A DNA stretch of 64,000 nt from Octopus vulgaris. Taxonomy: Eukaryota. The translations under genes were made by a program, and so were the position numbers. Position 1 is the stretch's first letter. Each line of letters opens with the position of its first letter. The notes beneath the pieces were generated by a model. That model searched no databases. It was not told the DNA's origin and worked only from the letters and a program-made list of their open reading frames with translations. This document shows, piece after piece, positions 37,541 through 50,946 of the stretch. The DNA lies in NCBI GenBank assembly GCA_951406725.2, contig OX597819.1:111972001-112036000 (forward strand), read 5' to 3'.

Positions 37541-38884
37541 CTAGTAAAATAACTAAATAATGAAGATGGAGAGGAGCTTACAATGTGAAAAGGAAAAGTT
37601 TAATATAATCATTATTTAATGTCCGCCTTCCATGCTGGCATACTTTATATATTTCAGGCACAAGGGCCCATCATCAGAAGTGACTGGCCTCTGTGCCTGA
37701 CATATTCTTTTCTTTTTCCCTTATTTGTTTCAGTCACTTGACTGCAGCCATGCTGGAGCACTGCCTTTTAGTCAAGCAAATCGACCACAGGACTTATTCT
37801 TTGTAAGCCTAGTACATATTCTATCAGTCTCTTTTGTTGAACTGCTAAGTTACGGGTAACATAAACACAACAGCATCGGTTGTCAAGCGATGTTGGGGGG
37901 GGGGGGGGCAAACATAAACACACAAAACTACCTACCACAGAACCACTCCTGCACCTATATATTAGGCTGAGGAAAAAGTTTGTGCTCTGTGTTAGAATGA
38001 TGTGTTTCCATATATTTTTATGGTGTGTGTGTTCATCCAGTCAATTATTTTAAAACAGTGCATGAACTTTTGCCTCAATCTAGTATAAGGGTTACTAAAA
38101 TTTTCTCTTGTAAGAAACACTGTTTTCATTATTTGCTATTCTTCTTGTGTATCATGATTAAAACTACAACACTACTGTTGGTTTCAAATTCTGGCACAAG
38201 GCCAGCAATTTTAGGGGAAGGAAGTTAATCGGTTACATCACCCCCAATACTCAACTGGTACCTAGTGATTTGATCCCTGAAAGGACAACAGGCAAAGTCG
38301 ACCTTGGTGACATTTGAACTCAGGATGTAAAGAACCAGACAAAATGTTGCCGAGCATTTTGTCTGGCATGGCAACAATTCTGCCAGCATGGTACCTCGTA
38401 GTAAACTAAATAATGAAAATATTAATGATTTTTAACAAAATCTATAAAAATTCTTGATTATTTTAAAATTAATTAAAACACTTGGCCACTATATTTCATT
38501 TGGAATATATTTATGAAAGCATTAACACAGTTCATTTTGTTGCAAGCACTCAGACCAGACACCTCGGCTCCAAATACTGCCAGCTCATACAAATATTCTC
38601 TACAGATATTCATATTGGGCCTTCAGTTGTAATAATCCTGTCAACATGGGATGGGCTGCAGACCTAAAGGGGATACAGCTCCTTCCCTGCCCCCCAATCT
38701 TCCTCTGACTTAGGAACTAGAAAGGATGCACAAAGACAGACATACAAACACATGACAAAACTATCAGGAATTATTAAAAGCACTTCTTGAACTTGACATC
38801 ACTCAAAGAAGATAGAGAGGATGCAAGCCAGCTGAGTGGTTATGAAGTTTGTGCCACAACCATTGTGGTCAAGGGTTCAATACC

Positions 38885-39112
38885 TATTTCTTTATTACCC
38901 ACAAGGGGCTAAACATAGAGGGGACAAACAAGGACAGACAAAGATATTAAGTCGATTATATCAACTCCAGAGTGTAACTAGTACTTAATTTATCGACCCC
39001 GAAAGGTTGAAAGGCAAAGTCGACCTCGGCGGAATCTGAACTCAGAACGTAACAACAGACAAGATACCGCTAAGCATTTCGCCCGGCATGCTAACGATTC
39101 TGCCAGCTCGTT
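38885..39112 (-). mobile_element. Family A SINE inserted into the B box of a family B SINE, 13-bp TSD
   Basis: AGGGTTCAATACC at 38872-38884 and 39114-39126. Confidence 0.88.
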
Positions 39113-39534
39113 GAGGGTTCAATACCACTGTATGGTATCTTGGGCAAGTATTTTTACCGTAATTTTAGGTCAACCCTTTGTGAGTGAAACTGGGTTGATG
39201 GAAACCATTTGGAAGCCTGTCAAATGGACTAGACTAGTAATTTAATACTTTACAGATTGTGCTGTGCTATGCAGATTTGGCTTGGGAACTACTTGGCTGA
39301 GTATTCCAAGTGTCTGTAGAATACTCAGATGTGTACATGTTAATTTAACAAGACAGATGTCCAGTTGATTGAGTAACTGAATATTCATCATAGAAATCAA
39401 CAGAGGACCCATGAGAAGAGAAAAATGCCAAAAGCGGAACAACACACCAACACTAAGAACATTCACAGATATCACAACCATAATGATAATGATTAGAAAC
39501 AGAAACACTATACACACACACACACACACATATA

Positions 39535-40065
39535 CTCTATCAGTGACAATGACAAGTGTTCCATTTGATCTGATCGATGGAACAGCCTGATTGTGAAATT
39601 AATGTGCAAGTGGCTGAGCACTCCACAGACAAATGTACCTTTAACATATTTCTCAGGGAGATTCAACATAACACAGAATGTGGCCAAAGCTGGCCCTTTC
39701 AAATACAGGTACAATTCATTTTTGCCAGCTGAGTGAGTGGACTGGAGCAATGTAAAATAAAGTGTCTTGCTCAAGGACACGATGCACTGCCAGGTATTGA
39801 ACTCATGACCTTATAATTGTGAGCCAAATACCCTAACCACTAATCCATATGCAGTTTCCTGGTTTGTCTGGTATATATATTCATTCTCCCCACTGGACAA
39901 GAGGCTGATCCATCACAGAGTTACTTACTTTTGCCAGTTGAGTGGACTGGAGCAACATGAACTGAAGTGTTTTACTCAAGAATACAACATATCGCCCCAT
40001 TTAGGAATAGAAATCACAATCTTACAATCATGAATGCAACATCCTAACCACTAAGCCATGTGCCA
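39535..40065 (-). mobile_element. Two adjacent tRNA/CORE-like SINEs, family E
   Basis: Reverse complement has TTAGTGGTTAGG (A box), GAGTTCAATACC (B box) and TCCTTGAGCAAGACACTT (CORE-like motif). Confidence 0.75.
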
Positions 40066-41677
40066 ACACACACACCTTATTTCTGTTGATATATTAGCAC
40101 CACTTGTCAACTATGGGATCAATTGATTGGAAAAAAAACCCATCAAAAGACCAAGTGATGTAGAAGCATGTTCATATCTATGATTAAATACACAAAAACA
40201 CAAACATACCCAGATACAACAACACATACTCACAGATATTGATCAAAGTACATACAGAGTAAGGGTGGTAGAGGTAACTCAGTTATATCTCTGATCTCAT
40301 TGATTCATTCCATTACTAGAGCTTTCGCTATTTTTCTTTGATTTTTTTTTTTGCTTTTTGTTTTTAATTTTACTGAAGGCCCAAACTCCACCATCAGTTC
40401 TGATACCATCCAAAGCATCCAGTGGTATGACAGGAAGCTGGCAGAGCTCCAACGAGCCATGCCAACAGTTGGCCACACATCCAGCCTGTTAAATGGTCGA
40501 TTTTTCTCTTTATTTGTTCATTGATTCACTTATGTATTTTTTCTGTATTTATATACATTTGCCTATTATATATATATATATATATATATGTTGTTATCAT
40601 TGTATATTATGCATTTATATGTTTATTAATTCATATATTTCTTTATGTAACATTCTACAAAGAATTATGGATTTATTTAGATGCTAATCTCCCGTTGCCT
40701 GAGTCTGTGACCCACTTCCCATTCCTAGCTGGAACCATTTAAAAAAAAAAGCAACAGAACAAAAAAAAATATACCCCAGCATCCCATCTGACTATTTCCT
40801 CTTACTTCCTAATCATCTAACATCACAATCCTCATGATTATGTACCAACCAGGGTGCTATTTACACAAAAGCATTCAATTTGAGTTGCTCAAAGCTAAAC
40901 TGAAACTATTGTAATTTCCTGTAAGAACCTTTTGTTAAGTTACGTTTCCAAACACCAAATTTAATGACAAAAATTAATTATTTTACTAAATTTCTTTAAA
41001 TTCTTAATAATTGTGTAAGAATCACTTGAAAACCATAAGTTGTTTATTTGGTTTGTGCAAGAGTTTTGATGTGAACTTGTGTATTAAAACATATTCCATT
41101 GTACCTTGGGAGGGTCATTATGCAAATAATACATGTACTGCTTCTATTTCACTTCTTTATTATTTGTTAATTAGTTAACTATTTAACAAATTAACTAACT
41201 TAACTGATTAATTGTTCAGTCAATCAATCAGCTAGATGTGTCAAAGTCCTTTTGTTGTCATTAACGATTCATCAGTGACATGCCCTCTCATTCCAGCTCT
41301 GGGAAGATGGCACCTCCCCACCACCACCACCGAGGTACAAGTCATAGCCTGTGTATTACATTAGAAAAATGTCCAAAAAGGATTAAATGTTACTCTACAT
41401 TTAGAAATCTTAGTAACCAGCACAGCACTCAATATGTGAATTAAGGTCAAGGACAGCAACTAGTAGCAGAAATTTGCTCTTAGTAGACATGGTCCAGAGG
41501 CTTTGAGGTTTCCTGACCAACCTGAAGTGGCTGTCTCCATTCTGTAACCTAAATATATATTTTGTGCTTTCATATAATATTTTTGGCTCTATCTCTCCAG
41601 GATACACAATGTCCTTCAAATTAAGTATTTGTCGAGTGAGATTCTTTGAAACTGCCCATGCAATAAATTAAAAGATG

Positions 41678-42135
41678 CTTTCCATGCTGGCATGGGCTGG
41701 ACGGTTTGACTGAAGTTTGGGGAGCCAGCAGCTGTACCAGGCTCCAATATCATCTGACAATGTTTCTACAGCTGGATGCCCTTCCTAATGCCAACCACTC
41801 TGAGAGTGTAATGGGTGCTTTTTACGCCAGGTAGGCCTGGCATTGATCACGTTCGGATAGTGCATTTTACATGCCACCGGCATGGGAGCCAGTCAGGGGG
41901 CACTGGCATCGGCCACATTCGGATGATGCTTTTTATGTGCCACCAGCACAGGAGCCAGTCAGGCGGCCCTGGCATCGGCCATGTTCAAATAGTGTTTTTT
42001 ACGTGCCACCAGCATAGGAGCCAGTCAGAGAGCAATGGCATCAGCCAAGTTTGGATGGTGCTTTTTACATGCCACCAGCACAGGAGCCAGTCAGAGGGCA
42101 CTGGCATCAACCACATTTGGATGATGCATTTTACC
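41678..42135 (-). mobile_element. Family C LINE 3' end with an expanded internal 66-bp tandem repeat
   Basis: GGAGCCAGTCAG at 41885, 41951, 42017 and 42083; the same unit occurs twice at 12170-12290. Confidence 0.8.
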
Positions 42136-42300
42136 CGAAGGTATATGAAGGTGGATAAAATGCTTAATGGTATTTCATCCATCTTTATGTTCTGAGCCCA
42201 AATTCTGTTGCAGGCACTGGGATGGATGTGATTGACTAGCTCCCTTTCCCTAAAAGTTCAGGCCTTGTACCTATAGTAGAAAAGATCATACATATATATA

Positions 42301-42532
42301 TGGGTGTTCAAAAAGTCTCTCCACTGTAAGTATTTAATGGTCTTTGGGCAATTCTTGTACACCGATCATTTACTTGCTCCCCAGTAAAAAAAGTCTGGTG
42401 GTGTTAAATCAGGTAATCTTGGTGGCCAAAGTCCCTTTGAAATAATCCGTTGACCGAGAACCTCTTGAAATAGCACCATGGTGATGTGCAGGATAAAAAA
42501 TTTCACTGCAGAGAGAGTTTTTGAACAACCTG
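42301..42532 (-). mobile_element. Internally deleted Tc1/mariner element (MITE)
   Basis: TIRs GGGTGTTCAAAAAGTCTCTC / GAGAGAGTTTTTGAACAACC within TA repeats; interior translates QRIISKGLWPPRLPDLTPPDFF. Confidence 0.75.
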
Positions 42533-42554
42533 TGTGTATATCTATATCTATCTA

Positions 42555-42591
<37 letters not shown>

Positions 42592-44825
42592 CGTAAAGAA
42601 TCCTACAGAGTTCAACTTTACTGTCGATCCTTTCAGGCTGGTAAAATAAAGAGCCACTCAAGTACTAGAATCAATAGTGGTGACTAACCCCATCCCAACC
42701 AAACTTGCTGGCCTTGTGCTAAACTTTGAAACAAATGTTGTTATTGTTACTATTATTATTAAGCTATAAACTGGCAAAGTTATTGCCACACCAGACAATA
42801 TACTTGGTGGAATTTCTTCCAACTCTTTCCATTCACAAACAATGATTAATTGGGAATGCTTGATCATTATCAGTAAAGAGATCAAACACAGATATTTAGA
42901 GGTGGGGTTAGGTATCTTATTTTTGAATCCACCGCTTCTGAAGCTTTCTTGTGGTAGAGGACTGCATTACTAAAGTCCCTTTTAAACGTCAGGTTAGAGA
43001 TTCTTCTACTGATATTATTAATTAGGTTTTAAAATTCAGTGGATGCAAAGCATGAATCCATATAAATATACCGATTCATTCTTTAATACATTAGTTCATT
43101 AGGTTTGCTATTAAGGTTGTATTTGTATGTTGTTGAACGTATCATCTAAGAAGTTTATGATACGCAAGTTTGTGATAATAGTTCTTTTAGTCATTTTTAG
43201 GGCAAAATTATTGAATTTGGTAATATGGTTTTTCTTTCTAAATGTATCTCCTTTGGTAGGCTGGGATACAGCCAATCCATATTCTCTGAATGGTCATATA
43301 ACTATTGCAGCAAATTTCTTATTGATTGCAGTAGGATACAAATCAACAGTATCGCATATCTTTGCATTGCCAAATGATCATACACAGACTTCAAACGAAC
43401 ATGAGGACTCTGATACTTTAAGTAAGCAAAAACTTTAAGCATAACTAACAAGAGCGTTATACTCAAAAATCTTAGTAAATCTGCAGAGCATTGAATGAGA
43501 GAACAGAAATTTTTACCAAATGTCATTACTTCAACAATTACCTGCTGAAATACTGGAAGATTACACAACCATGTAATTGAATGGATCAATACGTAACTAT
43601 TTACTAGGCAGATTCACACTCTCTCTGTTTCCCTTCCTCATGTTCAACAGGCACTTCTGATATTACTATACTTTATAACAATATACTTCTTAATTTTGAC
43701 TCTTCAACTTTCCACATTCATTCTCTTTTAAATTTTGACCTTTCTTTAGATATATTATCCAAGTCTCCCATTTTCTAACTACCCAAGTAATACTTAAATG
43801 TAATGAATTATATCCCCTATAAATTTTCAATCCAGAATGCAATACTGGAAACTTTGCTTAATAAGAGACCTTATGTATATTGAACATTTTAAGAACAGGT
43901 ATCACTTTTCATCTGATGATCGTTTAGCATAATCTAAACATAAAACTTTGAATTTGAATTTTGTATTATCTATGATAGACTGTATCATTACATATCTATT
44001 TATGAATTTATGCATACACATGTATGAGCTTGTGTGTAAGTATGCATACAACCATGAATATTGGCATAAGATATCAGCACTAGCTAATAAATTGGTGTTA
44101 TATGAACAAAATTTCTGAAGAAATTTCTGTGCTATTAAATATCGTACATGTTTTAATTATTATTGCATATACTATAATTATTATCATAAAATATATTTTA
44201 GATGTTATCTTATTACTTTTCAATATTATAATCATTACAGTATTATAGTGTAATTACTGCTATATAATGTTATAGTTATAATTATAACACAGTATAATGA
44301 TATACAATAATTATAACATATGATCATATATAACACTATAATTATTGTTGGATATATTCTAAATAGTTTTGTACAATATGTTCCAGTTATTGGCACAATG
44401 TTATGATTGTTATTGCTGCAGATGTTCCAGTTATTGCTGTATATTATAATTATAGTTGTATAATCTGCTATAATTAATCAACCTATGCAAGGTGATACAA
44501 CATCATGCATTTGCCTTAAATGGCATCATCTCACAAATTTTGATTAACTTCTCACTTACATTGTTCGAAAGTCTTCTTTAAAAAACCCATTTATATTGTA
44601 ACATATGTAATAGTTATTTCTATAAATTATACTATAATTACTAAGGTATATTATGTCATAATTATTGCAACGTAATTTGTTAACATTGTTGAAACATGAG
44701 GTGGGTTGGCAGACATCAAGTCTGCTATAGTTTACTTCATACAATGTCAATAAATTGAACTGAACAAAATGAAACTGAGCCAGACAAAACAATACAAGTA
44801 ACAATACGGGAGCGAAAAAAATTAT

Positions 44826-45032
44826 CACACACACACAAGCATGCACACACTAACGCAAAGAAGCAAACACACACACACACACATATATATACATACATGC
44901 ATACATATATATACATATATACTTACATATACATACATACATATATACATACATATATACATACATATATATATATGCATACATACATACTTACATATAC
45001 ATACATACATACATACATATATATATATATGC

Positions 45033-45064
<32 letters not shown>

Positions 45065-45174
45065 GCATACATACATATATACATACATATATATATACAT
45101 ACATACATACGTATATACATACATACATACATACACACATACATACATATATATATACATACATGTATATATAA

Positions 45175-45210
<36 letters not shown>
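44826..45210. repeat. Compound (CA)n/(TACA)n/(TA)n microsatellite
   Basis: Seen directly. Confidence 0.95.
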
Positions 45211-46124
45211 GTATGAAACATGTGGAAAGTTGAAACATGCTTTTTATGACAATACACCTGAGATCATCCATACTGAAGTGCTTGTATTTAAATTAAAAAT
45301 CTCAAGTAATCAATTATGTATATGACATACATCAATATATAAAGTTACAGATATAAATAATGCAAATATACAATGAAATTACACATCCACACACACACAC
45401 ACACAGACACACACCATGATATCCCGTTACAAATATTTTATTACTCTCATCCTCCAACAATGTCTTGATTACATTGAAAGTTAATTGAAACACACAGGCA
45501 ACCTGCTCATTACACACACACACACACATCCATGCATACATATAATTAGAAAAAGTTTACAAATAAAACGCCACACAACCAACAAAAGAAAAATAACAAC
45601 CATCATCTAATGAGACAAAAAGGAAAACAAAATATCCAAACAAGACCACCCACCCTAACCACACACACACACACACACACACATATATAAAAGATGCAAA
45701 TGAGCTGAATTTGATGCAGACGAAAATAAACAGAAATGATAAAAATAACAATATTTACCATGAGAACATTTATTTTAGTGGGTGTGTGTAGGGGACAAAT
45801 TTTTCTTTTTTTTTTTTGTCTTGCTTTGCCACAGAATGAGACAACTGGGCGCAGCTTTTTGGATGCTCATGGTTCAGCACGGCTGTCTGGGCATACAGCT
45901 TAGTTTGGTGACAGACCTTTTGGAGACTGCAGGCAAACACATGCATGAGCACACAAGTATATGTACAGAATATATACATATAGAAGGATGTTATACATAC
46001 AAGCATAACTAGATGCTTACACATATGAAGAGAGAGAGATTACAATTTATTTATTGGACACGGGTGATGTAAGCACTTTTCCTCTCCTCATGTACATAAA
46101 GAGAAATATGCTCACACACATAAA

Positions 46125-46640
46125 CAGAGGGAGAGAATGGGGAAGAGAGGGAGAGAAGAGGCAGAGGGGGAGAGATAAGAGGGGGAGGGGGAGGAGAGGG
46201 AGAGAAGAGAGGAGAGGGAGAGAGGAGAGAGAGGAGGGAGAGGGAGAGAGGAGGGAGAGAGGAGGGAGAGGGAGAGAAGAGGGATAGGGAGAGAGGACAG
46301 AGAGGGAGAGAAGAGGAGAGGGGGAGAGAGAGAGAGGGAGGGAGAGAGAAAGTGAGAGACACAAAGAGCAAGAGTGGAGAGTGGAGAGAGAAAGTGAAAG
46401 GGAGAGAGAGAGAGAGAGCAAGGAAGGAGAGAGAAAGTGAGAGAGATAGAGAGAGAGATAGAGAGAGAAAGCAAGGGAGAAGAGAGAAAGTGAGACAGAG
46501 AGAGGAGGAGAGGGAAAGTGAGAGAAACAGAGTGAAAGAACAAGAGGGGAGAGAAAAAGTGAGAGAGAGAGAGAAAGAGAGAGCAAGAGAAGTGTGAGAG
46601 AGAGAGAGAGAGAAAGCAAGAGAAGAGAGAGAGAGAAGCA

Positions 46641-46678
<38 letters not shown>

Positions 46679-46680
46679 AC
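46125..46680. repeat. Polypurine (GA-rich) tract, about 550 bp
   Basis: Almost exclusively G and A on the plus strand. Confidence 0.95.
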
Positions 46681-46989
46681 AACATAACAATTCATTAATA
46701 GAATGCAGTTGACAAACACTTAGCCTTTCATCAAATGCAGAAAGAGAAATATGGTCACACATATAAATAGAGAGAGAGAGGGAGGGAGAGAGAAATTCAG
46801 AAACAATAAAACAGGAGAAACTTTAAAAGGAGAAATGTCAAAATAGTCAGCATTGACTCAATGATGCCGAATAAGCAGTGCCAAGACGACTGCCAGAACG
46901 CCAACCTTACCGTGCCCAACTCAATGGGCATTGTGATGTGATGAAGTGCAGAAGTGTGAATATATTAGAGAGTTCTATGTAAGACTTAC

Positions 46990-47081
46990 TGGACTCTTAT
47001 AATCTTTTACTTATTCCATATCAGAAGTTGGAATCTTTCTTTAACCGCTGGATCATTCTGTAGGGTGCAGACAGGACACTA
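46990..47081 (-). other. Candidate exon carrying a stop codon (alternative C-terminus)
   Basis: Acceptor TTTCTCTCTCTTTCCTTCTCTTTCTATAG|TAG (NAGNAG) and donor CCA|GTAAGT; phase-2 reading is SVLSAPYRMIQRLKKDSNF*. Confidence 0.5.
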
Positions 47082-47188
47082 CTATAGAAAGAGAAGGAAA
47101 GAGAGAGAAAGGGTAAAGATCAGTGAGGCTTGAACAGTACCAGACAAAGAGAGGTTTTCCGGTTAGTAAGTGTGCATATACATCATGT

Positions 47189-47217
<29 letters not shown>

Positions 47218-47219
<2 letters not shown>

Positions 47220-47346
47220 AATTAGAGAAAAACTGCTATTATGCAATTCAAACATAGATAGACATAAACCAAATTATAAATAAAAAAATAAAATATAAAT
47301 ATTTTTAAAACCATGAATTGCATAATAGTGGTTTTTCTCTAATTTA
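47218..47346. repeat. 33-bp inverted repeat embedded in (TA)n
   Basis: TAAATTAGAGAAAAACTGCTATTATGCAATTCA ... TGAATTGCATAATAGTGGTTTTTCTCTAATTTA. Confidence 0.8.
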
Positions 47347-47398
47347 TATATATATATATATATAAATATATATATATTGTGAAATTTGATTTATATAT

Positions 47399-47438
<40 letters not shown>

Positions 47439-47718
47439 TGTGAAATTTGATTTAATACTAAATTGAATTTTTCCCTGTAAGTTTGGAGTTATACTCCCTA
47501 ATATTATTAATATTATCATATATATATATACCTATTATATAAGTTTTTATTATTTTTTGCAATTTACTTAATCATTGACATTTTATTGTTATTTTAATTT
47601 TAATATTTCTATTATATGTAATTTTCTAGATAGTGTAGTTTAATTGTTCATTTTGAATTGATAAAAGGTGGTTTTTTTTCTAATTTTTTATATGTAGATA
47701 TATATATATATATACACA

Positions 47719-47931
47719 CAGGGTGGCCAACAAAGTAGGTTTACAGTTATCACGTAGGCACTTTAAATTTGTTTTAAAACATTTTATTAGATTTAAATTT
47801 CTATCTTACAATTAACCAAATTAGCATAGAATAATGGTTTCATATATTTTTATAATTAAGATCTAAACTGTTAATATATGAATGCGAAAGAGATAGTTGA
47901 ATAACTGTAAACCTACTTTAGGGCCACCCTA
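47719..47931. mobile_element. Tc1/mariner-type MITE
   Basis: CAGGGTGGCCAACAAAGTAGGTTTACAGTTAT ... ATAACTGTAAACCTACTTTAGGGCCACCCT within TA/CA repeats. Confidence 0.8.
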
Positions 47932-47962
47932 TATACATATATATATATATATATATCACACA

Positions 47963-48287
47963 CAGAGGAGAACCTTGGTTTACAAATTTAATCGATTCTT
48001 GAGGGCCAGTCATCATCCAAGGTGTTTGTAAGTGGAAACTATTTCTCCTTTAGAAAATTCAAGAGAAGGGTCAGTGAATTTGAGCAGGGATGAGCACTGA
48101 GTGAAAGCTAGGCAACAACTGATGCTTTTGTGCTGACACTCCCAGCTTCTCACCAACCCTTGTTGCCAGCTTATGTGTTTGTTACTCAAGACATAATCCA
48201 TCACGTTGGACATTTTGTGTTCGAAAAATTGTTTATAAACTGATTTGTTCGTGATGAAAGGCATTCAGAAACTGGGGTTCTACTCTG
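47963..48287. mobile_element. Degenerate pogo/Tigger-like MITE
   Basis: CAGAGGAGAACCTTGGTTT ... AAACTGGGGTTCTACTCTG terminal inverted match. Confidence 0.5.
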
Positions 48288-48297
48288 TGTGTGTATG

Positions 48298-48350
<53 letters not shown>

Positions 48351-50885
48351 ATTTGATGACACAAAAGATGCACATGCTCATTAGATGTACTCCAATTTCA
48401 GCAGAGGAAAAATGTTTTAGTGCAATAAAGCATGTAATATAGGCCCAATTTTGCATATAAGACTTGGGAAGATTCTTTAAGGCATTTTGGTGGGGAAACA
48501 ATTGTATCTCATGTCATCAAATATGGTGTGTGTATATATATATAAAATTTTTTATAGTGTTATATTGTTACAACTATTTTATAAATGTTAAAGTGATTCA
48601 GTTTTATAATGTAACTTGCATGGATTTTATTTATTTAACTATTTTAGAGTCATCCAGTTTCATATAATTGTTTTCCAAACAATTCAAAATGCTTGTAGAG
48701 TTATCTACTCTTGAATAACTAACTATTATAATGTTACAACACTTGTAGAATTATCCAGTGCGTATAATTGTTTTCTGACTCTATATAACTATTTTCTGAT
48801 AACTGTTTTCTAATTCAGATATAGTGATTTATATAGCCACTTTACAACACTTGTAGTGCTATGCAATTTTATATAACTGCTTTCTAATGCTTTTATAAAA
48901 CTAGATGATTCTAGCGTTACTATTTATTCTCTAATACCTACATAGCACTTTCTAGTTTACGAAATTGCTAAAGAGGATACTGGTTTTGTCTAGTAAATGC
49001 AATCATTTGCTGGTGAACTGAATTCCAATATTCTCTTTATTTTCTTTTTCCTATCTGAAAAGGAGAACTTTTTCTCAAAACATTACAGGATCATTAAACA
49101 ATCTATGTAGGGTAATACAATATCCTTCTTTGCTTTGTTTTCATTCATTGACTTCACCTTATCTATTACGCTTAACCCACCTGCATTGTTCGAAGATTTT
49201 CATATTCATTTGTCTTATTTGCACATATGACCATACTTCAAGCAAATTACAATACTCGTTTATGAATAAATTTAGTCCAGGTCACTATCTCTACTTGCAG
49301 AATTAATGGGCTGTATTGGAAAATTTCTTTCTTTCTTCTTATTTATTTATGTTGTTAAATTTGAATCTATTCCCAGACTACATAAATGTCATCTGCAGTA
49401 TATATTTATATATTTATATATATATATATATTTTATTTTACAATGTGACCTGAGTAGTAGAAGCTAACTACCTCTATAACATAACTTAGAAACAGTTATC
49501 ATGCAAAATTCTTCACAAAGTTTTACATGGTTAACTAGCATACATAATTGTTGAGCTATCCACTTTTGTGCCTTTTGTGTAACTGCTTTCTAACTCTAGC
49601 ACAACTATCTAGTTTTCTAGAACTGGTTTTAATTCCTTCATTCTTTTAAATAACAGTTTTCGAATTTATGCAAAGTTATTCAATTTTGTAAAACTGGTTT
49701 TATTACAAATTTTTTGGGTTTTATAATTCTAGTAAACTTATCCAGTTTAATGGAAATATTCTGAAAAAAACATTTGAAGAAGTATCTGGTTTTCAAACTC
49801 AGTACTTAAGTTTTTGATAAAGAAAAGGGAACATTTGATGACCATCAACTAAAAGTGACCTCTGGTAAAAAAATTGAAAAAAACACACATAAATGCACTA
49901 CTTTAATTAATGCTTTATCAACGTAATTTCAGTAAATATTTTCCTACAATAAAATAAATGAATATATAAATAAACAAATAAGCAATTTGCTGAAAACCAA
50001 ACAACAAAAGAGAAATTGTAGAACCTGTCTTAATAAAAAAAAAAAATAATAATAATCATTTGAAGTGTGTTTAATTAATCTTATAATCATTATGAAGAGT
50101 TCTCAGTGAGTAAAAGTGAAAGTTGTTGGCATTTCTCAGAGGTCACTTCTGGTTTTGAGAGAAAACAGGTGCAAAGAAAGAAAGAAAGAAAAGAGAGAGA
50201 GAGAAAGAGGAGAGAAAGGATAGATTATGAGAGTGAGAGAGAAATAGATTGAAGGAACAGAGAGTAAGTGAATGTGAGAGAAGGAAAGTAAGAAAGATAG
50301 AGTGAAGAAACAAGCAAAAAAAGAAAAATGAAATTTAATGTATATTTAAAGAATCAAAACATGACAATGCTGCAAGAGGCCCATGGAAAGGAGATAAGAA
50401 TGTTCTGTAAAAGAAGAGCAATTCAAACACACACAAGACAGCCCCTCCCCTCCATTGCCTCCTGAATGAAACATGGCTAAGAGAGGTGAACAACATTAAC
50501 ATAAAACAAATAACAGAGATGAATTACTTTCCAGTGAAATAAATATAGAGAAAAATACAAATTGATATCAGCAAAATGAGATGAATTTGGTCAATAGTGA
50601 TGATGATGATGGTGGGGGTGGTAGCAGTGGTGGTGATGGGAAGAGTGAGAAGAAGTTTTCTAATGTAGATGGCAATGTGTGTTGATGTATAATGTATGGA
50701 AGGATATAGGTGTAGAACTGTACTAAGAAGTTTGCATGCCAACCACGTGGCTCTGGGTTCAACTCCACTGCAAGGCACATTGGGCAAGTGTCTTCTACTA
50801 TAGCCCCAGGCTGACTAAAACCTTGTAAGAGGTTTTTGTAGATGGAAACTAAAAGAAGCCTGTCAAGTGTGTGTGTGAGTGTTTG

Positions 50886-50946
<61 letters not shown>

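Noticed and set aside
40420-40500. SECIS element or miRNA hairpin
   Set aside because: ATGA/AA/GA spacing and helix pairing do not fit a SECIS, and I recognised no known mature miRNA.
42880-43800. Degraded non-LTR retrotransposon (GGLGxANP-like motif near 43255)
   Set aside because: Too decayed to assign from sequence alone.
44825-46762. Long ORFs of 73-222 aa (YI/HT-rich, SL/RE-rich)
   Set aside because: Translations of microsatellite and polypurine tracts.
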